A stretch of DNA of 64,000 nt from a virus. Within the stretch, counting starts at the first letter, position 1. Each line of letters opens with the position of its first letter. Position numbers and translations under genes: made by a program. Below, one piece after another: positions 9,927-20,027 of this stretch. The notes beneath the pieces are model-generated. The model searched no databases and was not told the origin of the DNA. It saw nothing but the letters and a program-made list of their open reading frames with translations. The stretch is taken from positions 94,311 to 158,310 of the IMG/VR virus record IMGVR_UViG_3300042894_006198, one strand, 5' to 3'.

Positions 9927-10682
9927 TAGTTTAGCTATTTGTATAGCTAGTTCATCATTACGTGGTGCATCAGGTAAATCGTTATTGTTTATATCACGAT
10001 ATCCAATGATTGGAAACTCTACGTTTTCATTTCTAATAAATCGTTGAATAAGTTCTTTTGGTGCAGCAATACCATCAGCATCCATTAATTGACCATTAGG
10101 CAATTCTAATACAGCATGATCGGCACGTTTGCCATACGGTGTGTCAGCAATTAGTACAACCACTTTACCACCATATTTTTTCTGTAGTGCTTGGGCAAAA
10201 ACTACACACCCACCATCAAACGGTCCGCTATCGGTTTGTTGTACTAGTAATGTATATATTTTGTTCTTATTTTTAAATGGAAATTTACCTTCATGTATGA
10301 TTTTTCTAGCTACTATACCATGACCAACAGGATATTCTTTATTAAACCTAATAGGTTGTAGCATTGGATAGAGGTATTTTGTTGTACCACTTTGTATATC
10401 AAACTTAGAACCACGTGGTACAAGATGTTTACGCTCTAGTTTTCTAAATGTATCTTCATCTACAACAATAGGTTCGCCCACTATGATAGAACCTATAGCA
10501 ACTGCCTTACCTGTACCTGTACGAACGATGCCAACACGTTTGCCTATGTATGGGTTAAGGGATGGTCCACGCCTACTTTCGTAATACTTTTTACCATCTA
10601 CTATAAGGTCAGCATAGTGTATATCACCATCGCTACGAATGTTTATGCCTATGGATGGTATATCAAACTCATTAAACTTCAT
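9921..10682 (-). CDS. Two-domain protein: ASCH/PUA-like N-domain + Cys-His-Asp papain/transglutaminase-like C-domain
   Basis: YADLIVDGKKYYESR resembles the ASCH GxKxxExR motif. GGCVVFA...HAVL...MDADG gives a candidate triad. Confidence 0.5.
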   Translation of the reverse strand: MKFNEFDIPSIGINIRSDGDIHYADLIVDGKKYYESRRGPSLNPYIGKRVGIVRTGTGKAVAIGSIIVGEPIVVDEDTFRKLERKHLVPRGSKFDIQSGTTKYLYPMLQPIRFNKEYPVGHGIVARKIIHEGKFPFKNKNKIYTLLVQQTDSGPFDGGCVVFAQALQKKYGGKVVVLIADTPYGKRADHAVLELPNGQLMDADGIAAPKELIQRFIRNENVEFPIIGYRDINNNDLPDAPRNDELAIQIAKLL

Positions 10683-11025
10683 TTTTTATTTGTTCACGTT
10701 TTTCAACATACTCTTGATATAGTTCTATTTCTTTCATATTGATTAGGTATGACTTGCCACCTGTCATATGGTTTTTCAACATACCTTCACTTAGCCATTG
10801 TAATCTTTGTTTAAATTCTTCCAAATTAGAACATTTCATATATTCATATGAATTCATGAGTTCTTTTCTTAGCGCATTTAATTTTTGTTGTTTAGTCATG
10901 ATCTACCGTTATATGTCCATAATTCCATCGACTCAAATTGTAATATTGAGTGGTTTCTTCTCTTGATTCAGTAATAAATTCAGTAGCTCTCATTTATATA
11001 TTTATGAGCAACGCTAAATATTATA

Positions 11026-12489
11026 ATGGATAAAAAGCACAAAAAATTACTAAAGTTTACTGATTGGGTTATTGGTCGTTTAGGCATAAAAAATAAACCA
11101 CAGATACGATTTAGTGATGACAAAACAGAAGTTACCAAACATAGAACATTTGGTTCGACCACCCCTAATAATACCATATGGGTCCATGTTGGTGACCGTA
11201 ATACCGCAGATGTAATGCGTACGTTATGCCATGAACTAGTACATGCTAAACAATTTGAAATTGGTACCGCTAAACCACAGATGGACCCAAAGCGTGAACA
11301 AGGCATAGAAGATGAAGCAAATGCTATGGCAGGACGTATGATGCGTAAGTATGGTAAGATGGATGCTACCATATATGAGAGTAAAGAACGAGCATGTTGT
11401 GCAGAATTGCGTCAAGGGTTACTAAAGCTAGAAAAGACTGATTACGATACGATTGATCGTTTAATGAAGAAAATAGCTAAAAAACATGACATTACTCCAA
11501 AACAATTACATGATTACTTTGTTGAAACACATGGTGTTATACCTGATACATGGATTAAAAACAAGAAGAAAGAGTTAAAAGAAAGTGATTTAGGCGAATA
11601 TAAAATTGTTAACATTCCTGAGTTTAGAATACAAGAATTGATCAAAAGCGGTAATGAATACAAAGATGATATGAAAATTATTAAATCGCCTGTAAGTGAT
11701 TTGTTTAGAGTAAGATTAGATATAGAGCATCCATATCGTGATTACTTTTTATATGATAAGAAAAATGATGTGTGTGTTGGTGCAGTATCTATTGAAACTG
11801 TTACTTCAATCCCTAGAAAATCTTTTAATTCTGTACTTAAACCCAATGTAGCGGTTGTTAGTCCACATATAGTATTGGATAAACAATTTCGTCAAAGTGG
11901 ATTAGGTAGTAGAATATATTCTAGTTTTTTAAATAGTAAAAAATGGGTGTTTATTACTGATAGGCATACTGAAGCAGCGTCAAAGTTATGGAATGCATTA
12001 AGCATTAAAAATGGCTTTGTGTCTATTTTTTATGATGTTGTCAAACAGAAAGTAGTTAATGATGTAAATGAAAATACCTTTCGTTTGATTGGTTCACCTG
12101 AGCATTTTAAAATGTCTTTATCAGAAAGTCGTGAAGGGTCATTAACGCATGAAGTAGCTGACAGTTTACCACATGCTTATGTATTACCTGATATTAATAG
12201 TGGAAATCCTTACTTGCAATATAAGTTTGGTGTAGCGATTGCATCAGCACGAGGAGCACAAGCACGTAAAGATGATGATATTAACCCATTTGACGAAAAC
12301 GGTATGCTTGATGTTTTTTCTGATAAAGAGTTTGTAGTAAGTTTCGATCCACACATTGATCAAATTATTAGTGCTGCTTTAAAAAAAATTGGTATGCCTG
12401 ATAATAAAAAATTAGTTGGGGTAAAAGGTAGTAAAGAGGATAAGGATGTTGACAAAGTAAGTCCTGTCATAGGGTTTAGAGGATTTTAG
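11026..12489 (+). CDS. Multidomain late protein: zincin metallopeptidase-like + GNAT-like + C-terminal domain
   Basis: HELVH...EDEANA, then FRQSGLGSRIY (GNAT acetyl-CoA motif). Upstream CTAAATA. Confidence 0.6.
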   Translation: MDKKHKKLLKFTDWVIGRLGIKNKPQIRFSDDKTEVTKHRTFGSTTPNNTIWVHVGDRNTADVMRTLCHELVHAKQFEIGTAKPQMDPKREQGIEDEANAMAGRMMRKYGKMDATIYESKERACCAELRQGLLKLEKTDYDTIDRLMKKIAKKHDITPKQLHDYFVETHGVIPDTWIKNKKKELKESDLGEYKIVNIPEFRIQELIKSGNEYKDDMKIIKSPVSDLFRVRLDIEHPYRDYFLYDKKNDVCVGAVSIETVTSIPRKSFNSVLKPNVAVVSPHIVLDKQFRQSGLGSRIYSSFLNSKKWVFITDRHTEAASKLWNALSIKNGFVSIFYDVVKQKVVNDVNENTFRLIGSPEHFKMSLSESREGSLTHEVADSLPHAYVLPDINSGNPYLQYKFGVAIASARGAQARKDDDINPFDENGMLDVFSDKEFVVSFDPHIDQIISAALKKIGMPDNKKLVGVKGSKEDKDVDKVSPVIGFRGF

Positions 12490-12490
12490 C

Positions 12491-12925
12491 ATGAAAATTT
12501 ATGAAATTTTAAAAGAAGATACATCAGATCGTCCTCATTTATCTAAAGAACAATTGGATGCAGTTGAACGTTTTGCCGATAAGTTATGGGAAAAATTAGG
12601 TATAGATGTAAAGTTTGGCACTCATTTTTTAGAACGTTTATATCGTTATGAAAATGACCCACCTATTTCAGGAGCAGAGTTAGTTCGTTTATTCAAACAA
12701 GAATATCAAAAATACGGTAAAGAAATTGCTTCACTACCACCTGAAACTGAAGGTGTTTTTATGGATTTACTCACTAATGTAAACCTACCATTTGTGATTA
12801 AACAGCGTGATGATGATGAACCTAAGAAAATATTAGGGCAAACGATAATGCGTAAACCTAGTAATACCACTAAAGGACAATTTGTCCCTAAAGGTCCTGC
12901 ATTTAAAATTGGTAGAACGGATTAA
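12491..12925 (+). CDS. Putative internal head protein
   Basis: N-terminus MKIYEILKE resembles the T4 capsid-targeting sequence. Confidence 0.5.
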   Translation: MKIYEILKEDTSDRPHLSKEQLDAVERFADKLWEKLGIDVKFGTHFLERLYRYENDPPISGAELVRLFKQEYQKYGKEIASLPPETEGVFMDLLTNVNLPFVIKQRDDDEPKKILGQTIMRKPSNTTKGQFVPKGPAFKIGRTD

Positions 12926-12932
12926 ATACAAT

Positions 12933-13304
12933 ATGCGAGCTAAAGAATTTATAACAGAACAAAACAGTATTGGTGAACCACCTGTACGTGCTAGAGAAGC
13001 ATCACGTGGATTGCATAAGTTTCGTGACATTGAAGGTATGGATCGTATTTACGAACTTAATCGTGTTATGATGGCAGTTGCTTGTACAGATGGAACAAAA
13101 CCTGTCGAGTTAAATTCAGAAAGTTATACAGGTAGATATAATACAGCACATCCTTATACAAAAGAAGAACAAGATATGTTAAAAGTTGCATATGCTGCAG
13201 TGGGTTCAGATATGCATGATTTTAATAACGGTGATATGCGTAGTTTAGAAGTAAAAGAAACTAATAAATCAAGCCCAATACAAGCTTTCAAAGGCTTTAA
13301 ATAA
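12933..13304 (+). CDS. Putative internal head protein
   Basis: Starts MRAKEFITE right after TTAAATA and resembles the C-terminal domain of 11026-12489. Confidence 0.55.
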   Translation: MRAKEFITEQNSIGEPPVRAREASRGLHKFRDIEGMDRIYELNRVMMAVACTDGTKPVELNSESYTGRYNTAHPYTKEEQDMLKVAYAAVGSDMHDFNNGDMRSLEVKETNKSSPIQAFKGFK

Positions 13305-13352
13305 TTTTACTTCCGTCTTAATATCGTATAAGTAGTTACACAGAGGACTACT

Positions 13353-14048
13353 ATGAAAAATATTGATATAAACAAAACAATTGATGCTGTGAAATTAAAA
13401 TGGTATCACGAATGGTTAGCCACACATATCTACGATGAAGGTGAAAGCGGATTTCACGAACAACTTACCAGACAAGTTGTTGAAAAATATATTGACCCAC
13501 TTAATTTAAGCAAAGACGCAAAGATTTTAGACATGGGCTGCGGTCCAGGCTACTTTATGAACGAACTTAAAAAACGTGGTTACAATAATTATCTTGGTAT
13601 AACATTAAGTCAAGGTGATATTGATATTTGTACAAAAAATGGGCATACGGTAGAATCATATGATTTAAGCTTTTTACCGCAAAAGAAAGGGTATATAGAT
13701 GAATCTGTTGATTTTATTTTTTGTAGACATGCTTTAGAACATAGCCCTTACCCATTGTTTACTTTGGTTGAATATAATAGAGTTTTAGTACAAAATGGTA
13801 AAATTTATATTGAAGTACCTGCACCTGATTGTGACAGAATGCATGAATTTAATATTAATCATTATAGCATTTTAGGTGAGCGCATGTTAGCTGCATTGTT
13901 ACAGCGCACAGGATTTACCATTAATGCGTTTGAAAATTTAGAATTTGATTTAAGTATTGGGCAAAATGAAGATGGTACACCAAAGAAAGTACGTGAAAAA
14001 TTTTATTGTGTAGTTGCTACAAAGGCTAGACCACTTGATTTAAAATAA
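13353..14048 (+). CDS. Class I SAM-dependent methyltransferase
   Basis: ILDMGCGPG motif I and DFIFCRHALEH. Confidence 0.85.
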   Translation: MKNIDINKTIDAVKLKWYHEWLATHIYDEGESGFHEQLTRQVVEKYIDPLNLSKDAKILDMGCGPGYFMNELKKRGYNNYLGITLSQGDIDICTKNGHTVESYDLSFLPQKKGYIDESVDFIFCRHALEHSPYPLFTLVEYNRVLVQNGKIYIEVPAPDCDRMHEFNINHYSILGERMLAALLQRTGFTINAFENLEFDLSIGQNEDGTPKKVREKFYCVVATKARPLDLK

Positions 14049-14065
14049 CACTCATAAATATCTTT

Positions 14066-14260
14066 ATGAGTGATTTAGATGATTTAAAAAAATTGGCAGG
14101 TATTACCCTGCCAAATTCTTCTGACTATGGCGCAGCCATTAGTATGTCTGCAACCCAAAAAGCACAAATCATGCGTGAAAAGAATATAAAACCTGGAGAT
14201 GCGGCATGGTTTAAATTATGGTTTGCACAAACTCATCTAACAGGTGAAAAACCAATTTAG
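14066..14260 (+). CDS. Small late protein
   Basis: ATAAATA immediately upstream and an LKKLAGI motif. Confidence 0.55.
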   Translation: MSDLDDLKKLAGITLPNSSDYGAAISMSATQKAQIMREKNIKPGDAAWFKLWFAQTHLTGEKPI

Positions 14261-14290
14261 ATAAATAATTTATATTGGGAATTTTAAAAA

Positions 14291-16009
14291 ATGGCAGAAC
14301 CTAATCCATCAAATGTAGCACCTTGGTATTTACGTAATATTAATCAAGCACTTGCTTTAGACTCAACTACGGGCAATGTATATGTTCGCACTGATGCTAA
14401 TATAAGTTTTGGCAATGCAAACCTAACAATTGGAAATGTAGGTATCACAAGTTTAGGTAATGTGGTAATAAGTGGTAATACATTACCTGTTACTGTAAGT
14501 GGTGGAAATTTAAACGCTAATGTTACAGGTAGTACTGTATCATTAAGTGGTAACTTAGCGGGTATTACAGGTAATGTAACCATTGTTGATGGTGGTGGAA
14601 GCATTACAATAGATGGTACAGTTGGTATTAGTGGTAATGTCAATATTGGCACAATGCCTAATGTAAACGCTTCAATTTCAGGAAATGTTAATATTGGTAC
14701 AATGCCTGAAATTGAAATTAAAAATGATTCAGGTAATCCCATACCTGTATCAAAAGATACCAATGTTAATAGTGTAACTAATCCACTTTATGTAGAGGGA
14801 GTAAACAATGCAAGTTTTTTTGCTCCAACACAAAGTGATAGTTTTGGTAGATTGCGTGTAAGTAATCCACAAACATTATTTGATACACAAAGTAGATATT
14901 ACAACCATAATCAGTTTGCTAGTAATGTAGCAGGCGCAGGTACATATACATTTGATAGCAACAGTAGCACATTTGCTATGGCAGTCAATACCGCTAGCGG
15001 TGATAAAGTATATGCAGAAACATACAAAGTTTTCCCTTATCAGCCAGGTAAGAGTTTACTAATTTATTCATCATTCTGTATGAATATTGCTAAACCTAAT
15101 CTACGCCAACGTGTGGGTTATTTTAGTAGTCAAAATGGCATCTACTTTGAACAAAGTGACAGCACATTATATATGGTTATTCGTAGTTATAGTTCAGGTA
15201 GTGTAGTAGAAACTAGAGTAGCACAAAGTAGTTGGAATGGTGATCCATTAAATGGCCTTGGACCGAGCGGTATTGAATTGAACCCCGCAGTAGACCAAAT
15301 CTTTTTCTGTGATATTGAATGGCTAGGTGTAGGTAGTGTTCGTACAGGATTCATCATTGGTGGTCAATATATTGTTGTGCATACATTTGAACATGCTAAT
15401 ATAGCAGGTAATACTACAACTTATATGAGTACTGGTAGTTTACCACTAAGATTTGAAATTGAAAACACAGGTACAGCAAGTAGTTCTAGCACACTAAGAC
15501 AAATTTGTAGTACAGTAATTAGTGAAGGTGGTTACTCATTGTCAGGAACACCTAGAAGTATTGGACATAATTTAGGTACTCCTGTACGATTGCCTAATGA
15601 CCAAAGTTTTCTACCATTGTTAAGCATAAGGTTATTAAGCACTCGTCCTGATAGCATTGTATTGCCTACATTCTTTACCATAGCACCCGTAGCACAAAGT
15701 ACATTTAAGTACCGTATATATAGTAGAGCAGTTACTACTGGTGGAACATGGACCAGTATCGGAGCATCAAGTCCTATTGAATACAATTTAGCACCTACTG
15801 CGGTCAGTAGTGGAGAAATTGTTACTGAAGGATTCATCATGTCAAGTAACCAAACTGCGGCAGCTCCCAGTCAGGAATCATTTGGTTTTGAAGTTCAACT
15901 ACAAAGACAGCCTTTTACTAATGTAATGTACGAATATGTAATGACAGCCGCAACTATTGGTACTAACCAAGATGTTTATGCAAGTATTGAATGGCAAGAA
16001 GTCAATTAA
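14291..16009 (+). CDS. Putative virion structural/fibre protein
   Basis: Gly/Asn/Ser/Thr-rich with GNV/GNL repeats, then a beta-rich domain. Late-type motif upstream, located next to terminase. Confidence 0.55.
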   Translation: MAEPNPSNVAPWYLRNINQALALDSTTGNVYVRTDANISFGNANLTIGNVGITSLGNVVISGNTLPVTVSGGNLNANVTGSTVSLSGNLAGITGNVTIVDGGGSITIDGTVGISGNVNIGTMPNVNASISGNVNIGTMPEIEIKNDSGNPIPVSKDTNVNSVTNPLYVEGVNNASFFAPTQSDSFGRLRVSNPQTLFDTQSRYYNHNQFASNVAGAGTYTFDSNSSTFAMAVNTASGDKVYAETYKVFPYQPGKSLLIYSSFCMNIAKPNLRQRVGYFSSQNGIYFEQSDSTLYMVIRSYSSGSVVETRVAQSSWNGDPLNGLGPSGIELNPAVDQIFFCDIEWLGVGSVRTGFIIGGQYIVVHTFEHANIAGNTTTYMSTGSLPLRFEIENTGTASSSSTLRQICSTVISEGGYSLSGTPRSIGHNLGTPVRLPNDQSFLPLLSIRLLSTRPDSIVLPTFFTIAPVAQSTFKYRIYSRAVTTGGTWTSIGASSPIEYNLAPTAVSSGEIVTEGFIMSSNQTAAAPSQESFGFEVQLQRQPFTNVMYEYVMTAATIGTNQDVYASIEWQEVN

Positions 16010-16027
16010 GATATTTTAAGATATGTA

Positions 16028-17593
16028 ATGAATAGTAGTATTCAACTTATAAAGAATCCTTATGAACTAACTACGTTTAAGGATGATAAACAGTTACAAG
16101 ATTTTATAAAATGTTGTGATCCAAAACATGGTTATCTATATTTTATGGATAACTTTTTTGTTATACAACATCCCACTAAAGGTAGTATGAATTATCATCC
16201 CTACCCTTATCAAAAAAAATTAATCGAAACCTACCATAATTATCGTTTTAGTATTTCTCTTATGCCACGTCAAAGTGGTAAATCAACAAGTGCAGCAGGA
16301 TATCTATTGTGGTATGCCATGTTTGTGCCTGATAGTACAATTTTAATTGCAGCACATAAGTATGCAGGTTCGCAAGAAATTATGCAACGTATACGATATG
16401 GTTATGAAAACTGCCCATTACATATTAAAGCAGGTGTAGTGACTTATAATAAAGGATCACTAGATTTTGAAAATGGTAGTAGGATAATTAGTGCTACAAC
16501 CACTGAAAATACGGGTCGTGGTCTTTCTATATCATTATTATATTTGGACGAATTTGCCTTCGTTCGCCCAGGTATTGCTAAAGAATTTTGGACTTCTATT
16601 GCTCCTACCTTAGCTACAGGTGGTAAAGCAATTATAACATCTACACCTAATAGCGATGAAGATCAATTTGCTTTGATTTGGAAAGGTGCTAATAAAACAC
16701 AAGATGAGTATGGTAATGAGACAGAATTAGGTGTAAATGGTTTTAAATCTTATAAGGCACATTGGAGTGAGCAGCCTGGGAGGGATGAGGCTTGGGCTGA
16801 ATCAATGAAAGCACAATTAGGTGAGGAGCGATTTAGACGTGAAATTGGTTGTGAATTTGTCATTGGTGATGAAACATTAATTAATCCACTGATGCTTACC
16901 ACATTAGAAGGAATTGAACCCATTGAGCGTATGGGACAGGTAAGATGGTATTCAAAACCACAAAAAGGCAATATTTACTGTGTGGGATTAGATCCAAGTT
17001 TGGGAACAGGAAGTGATCCTGCCGCTATTCAAATATACGAAGCTAATACTACAAAACAAATTGGTGAATGGAAACACAATAAAACAACCATACCTGAGCA
17101 AATTAAACTATTAGCAAAAATTAATGAGTATATTGTTGATATAACCAATGAACCTAATAATCTTTACTATAGTTTAGAGAATAATACAATTGGTGAAGCA
17201 GCATTAATTTCATTGAGTGAATATGGTGAAGAAAACATTAAAGGCACTATGCTAAGCGAACCTAAAGCTGTTGGTGCTACACGTAGATATCGAAAAGGAT
17301 TCAATACCACACAAAAAAGTAAATTAGCAGCATGTAGTAAGCTGAAAAACTTAATAGAAAGTGGTAAAATGCAACTAAAAAGTAAAGCTTTAATTACTGA
17401 ACTAAAAGCATTTGTTGCTGCAGAAGGTAGTTATGCAGCTAAGATCGGTGAAACAGATGACTTAGTTATGGCTACACTATTAGTAGTAAGAATTCTCCAA
17501 CACTTGCAACATTATCATAGTGATTTGGATAGTCATGTTAGGGATCATAGTGAGTATATTGAACCCATGCCTTTTATAATGACGCTTGGATAA
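16028..17593 (+). CDS. terL: Terminase large subunit, T4 gp17-like
   Basis: YPYQ adenine motif, PRQSGKST Walker A, LDEFAF Walker B, ITSTP motif III and nuclease motifs GLDPS/DDLVMA. Confidence 0.95.
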   Translation: MNSSIQLIKNPYELTTFKDDKQLQDFIKCCDPKHGYLYFMDNFFVIQHPTKGSMNYHPYPYQKKLIETYHNYRFSISLMPRQSGKSTSAAGYLLWYAMFVPDSTILIAAHKYAGSQEIMQRIRYGYENCPLHIKAGVVTYNKGSLDFENGSRIISATTTENTGRGLSISLLYLDEFAFVRPGIAKEFWTSIAPTLATGGKAIITSTPNSDEDQFALIWKGANKTQDEYGNETELGVNGFKSYKAHWSEQPGRDEAWAESMKAQLGEERFRREIGCEFVIGDETLINPLMLTTLEGIEPIERMGQVRWYSKPQKGNIYCVGLDPSLGTGSDPAAIQIYEANTTKQIGEWKHNKTTIPEQIKLLAKINEYIVDITNEPNNLYYSLENNTIGEAALISLSEYGEENIKGTMLSEPKAVGATRRYRKGFNTTQKSKLAACSKLKNLIESGKMQLKSKALITELKAFVAAEGSYAAKIGETDDLVMATLLVVRILQHLQHYHSDLDSHVRDHSEYIEPMPFIMTLG

Positions 17594-17629
17594 TAAAGTA
17601 GATAAATACACTATCATAGTGGATTTATC

Positions 17630-20026
17630 ATGCCTAAAAGTAATGAATTAATTAACGTCGATCTTGATAATTTCTTGAATGCAAGAAATCTAGATGCTGT
17701 ACCGTACGATAGTAGCGGTAAACAAGTTCCTATTCCTGATGATGCTGAAGTATTTCAGTTTACATTTGCGCCAAATGGTAGTGAACAAGGCACAGCCACG
17801 GTATCAATTGATGGTACTAAGTCATTAAACTTATATTATGATGATGCAATAATTAAAGAAGATGACCACGATGAATGGTTTGATTTTGTAAAATCACTTA
17901 AACGTTTTGCAACACAGCATCAATTAAGTTTTAAAACAAAAAATATTGACAGATTGGCAAATGATATGAAAAAACGTGAACATCTTAAAAAACTAGAAGA
18001 AGGATATTACGGTACACGTCATACAAGTTATAGCGACAAAAACCCAGGTACCGTCAAAATGATCATCAAACATAGCAGACCACTTGATGAGAATGATCAG
18101 CGTTTTCGTAATATTGAAAAGATTTTCCTTGAAACTGAAACAGGCGAGCGTTTTTTGCTTGATACCAAAAAACCAAGTATTGGTCGAGCATATGCACGTC
18201 ATTTAGCTGAAGGTGGACGTTATAATGATGAGCGTTGGAACCACATTCAACAAATTGCTGAAGATATTAATAAATTAGGTGGTTTTGTACGTGCTACACG
18301 TAATAAACAATTCAATGAAAGTGCTGTAAAATTAGTTAATGAAGCACAAAATCATTACCAATCATTACGTGAAACAATAAAACAACTACAAGGATCACGT
18401 GGTTATAAGAATTATTTCGAAAGTTGGAAACCAACATTAAATGAAACAAGTGATGATAGTGCAGTAACAGAAATGTTTTTAACACAAAAGCTAGACCCAC
18501 GTGTTGAAAATGCACTACCTGTTTTAAATCGTTTAGCAAAGAACTTAACAGAAATAACTGAGGTTGCTGAGTTTGAAAGTTGGGCAAATGATATTGTTAG
18601 TGAAGTTATGCACCCAACCCAAGAAGGTACATTAGATGATTTAATCGATTTACTAGGTTCAGACAGTGATTTTTTAGCATTAGGTCCTGATGGAAAAAAT
18701 GCAATTAATGAATTAAATGGCATACTTGATAATCAAAGCTTATATGCACGTTTGCAAAAAGCAGGACGCAGTGACCCTGATCAAGACGCACGTCCTATAA
18801 TTATTGGTTGGATGCAGGAAAATGCAACTGACGAGCATTATGAAGATGTTTTAGATAAAATTGAAAAAGAACAACAGGTAACACCTGCGGCTAAACCTGC
18901 ACCTCAACCTGAACAAAACAAACCAAAAACTGTCCCACCACCTCCACCTGAAGTTGCTGAGGATTATGATCCACGTTTGTCACAGAAAACACAAATTGCA
19001 GGTACCTTACCAACTTATCGTTATGCTAAAGGTTTGTTGGATAAGGTAGAAGGACCACAAGGTAAGACATTAGACTTTGGTGCGGGATTGGGATTAGGTT
19101 CAGCGGAAATAGGTGCTGATAGTTATGAAATGCATCCAAAAGCAGGATTCAAGCCTAACTTTGACCGTGTTGACAGTATACCTGATGAGTCATATGCAAA
19201 AATTGTATCATTAAATGTTCTTAATGTTATACCTAATGATAAAGGTTGGCGTGATGCAGCAGTAAAAGATATTGGTCGTATTCTTATGCAAGGTGGTTCA
19301 GCACTTATCACTACACGTGGTAAAGATGTGTTAGCTGCAAAAGGTGAGCCACAAGATGAACCTAATAGTATCATAACAACTGCAGGAACGTTCCAAAAAG
19401 GATTTAGCCCACAAGAACTAAAAGGTTATGTACAAAATGTACTTGGTGGTGGGTTCACCGTTAAGACTGTAAAAGTAGGTAGTGCACCTGCAGCAATCTT
19501 AGTCACTAAGGGTGGTGAGCAAGTTAATGAACTTAAAGGTAAGATGCCTACACCTGACGAAGTAAAAGCACTGTTACAAAAACAAAAAGATCGTTTTGCT
19601 CAACAAGGTTTTGTACGTGCTAAAGATGAAACAGAACAAATGCTTAAACAACGTGATACGCAACCTAGTGCTAAAGTGGAGGAATATTTAAAAGAGTTTG
19701 AAGGTGAAATTGAAGAGGCATGTTGGAAAGGCTATCATAAAGAGGGTATGAAAACCATGTTTGGTAAAAAATATCCTAATTGTGTAAAAAATAAAGCCAA
19801 TGAAAGTTCAGTACAAGAAGCATCTAAAGATAAAGAATCTTCAGTAACCGTACGTAACCCTGTAGCCAAAAATGCAATGGCAGGAATTGGTGGTGGTGGT
19901 ATGGGCAAACACAAAGATAAAAAACAAGCTGATAAGCGTGGTGAAGTAAAACATAAAAAAGATAAAGTCCCAATGGATCTTGAAGAAGGATCACTTGATA
20001 GGATTAGAAAACTATCAGGTCTATAA
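17630..20026 (+). CDS. Large multidomain late protein with an internal SAM-methyltransferase-like domain
   Basis: LDFGAGLG...SLNVLNVI, a Pro-rich linker, a CWKGY...PNCVK motif and C-terminal RIRKLSGL. ATAAATA upstream. Confidence 0.55.
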   Translation: MPKSNELINVDLDNFLNARNLDAVPYDSSGKQVPIPDDAEVFQFTFAPNGSEQGTATVSIDGTKSLNLYYDDAIIKEDDHDEWFDFVKSLKRFATQHQLSFKTKNIDRLANDMKKREHLKKLEEGYYGTRHTSYSDKNPGTVKMIIKHSRPLDENDQRFRNIEKIFLETETGERFLLDTKKPSIGRAYARHLAEGGRYNDERWNHIQQIAEDINKLGGFVRATRNKQFNESAVKLVNEAQNHYQSLRETIKQLQGSRGYKNYFESWKPTLNETSDDSAVTEMFLTQKLDPRVENALPVLNRLAKNLTEITEVAEFESWANDIVSEVMHPTQEGTLDDLIDLLGSDSDFLALGPDGKNAINELNGILDNQSLYARLQKAGRSDPDQDARPIIIGWMQENATDEHYEDVLDKIEKEQQVTPAAKPAPQPEQNKPKTVPPPPPEVAEDYDPRLSQKTQIAGTLPTYRYAKGLLDKVEGPQGKTLDFGAGLGLGSAEIGADSYEMHPKAGFKPNFDRVDSIPDESYAKIVSLNVLNVIPNDKGWRDAAVKDIGRILMQGGSALITTRGKDVLAAKGEPQDEPNSIITTAGTFQKGFSPQELKGYVQNVLGGGFTVKTVKVGSAPAAILVTKGGEQVNELKGKMPTPDEVKALLQKQKDRFAQQGFVRAKDETEQMLKQRDTQPSAKVEEYLKEFEGEIEEACWKGYHKEGMKTMFGKKYPNCVKNKANESSVQEASKDKESSVTVRNPVAKNAMAGIGGGGMGKHKDKKQADKRGEVKHKKDKVPMDLEEGSLDRIRKLSGL

Positions 20027-20027
20027 T

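Noticed and set aside
14400-14710. GNV/GNL repeats as a separate repeat element
   Set aside because: They are in-frame peptide repeats (e.g. ISGNVNIGTMP twice) within a structural gene.
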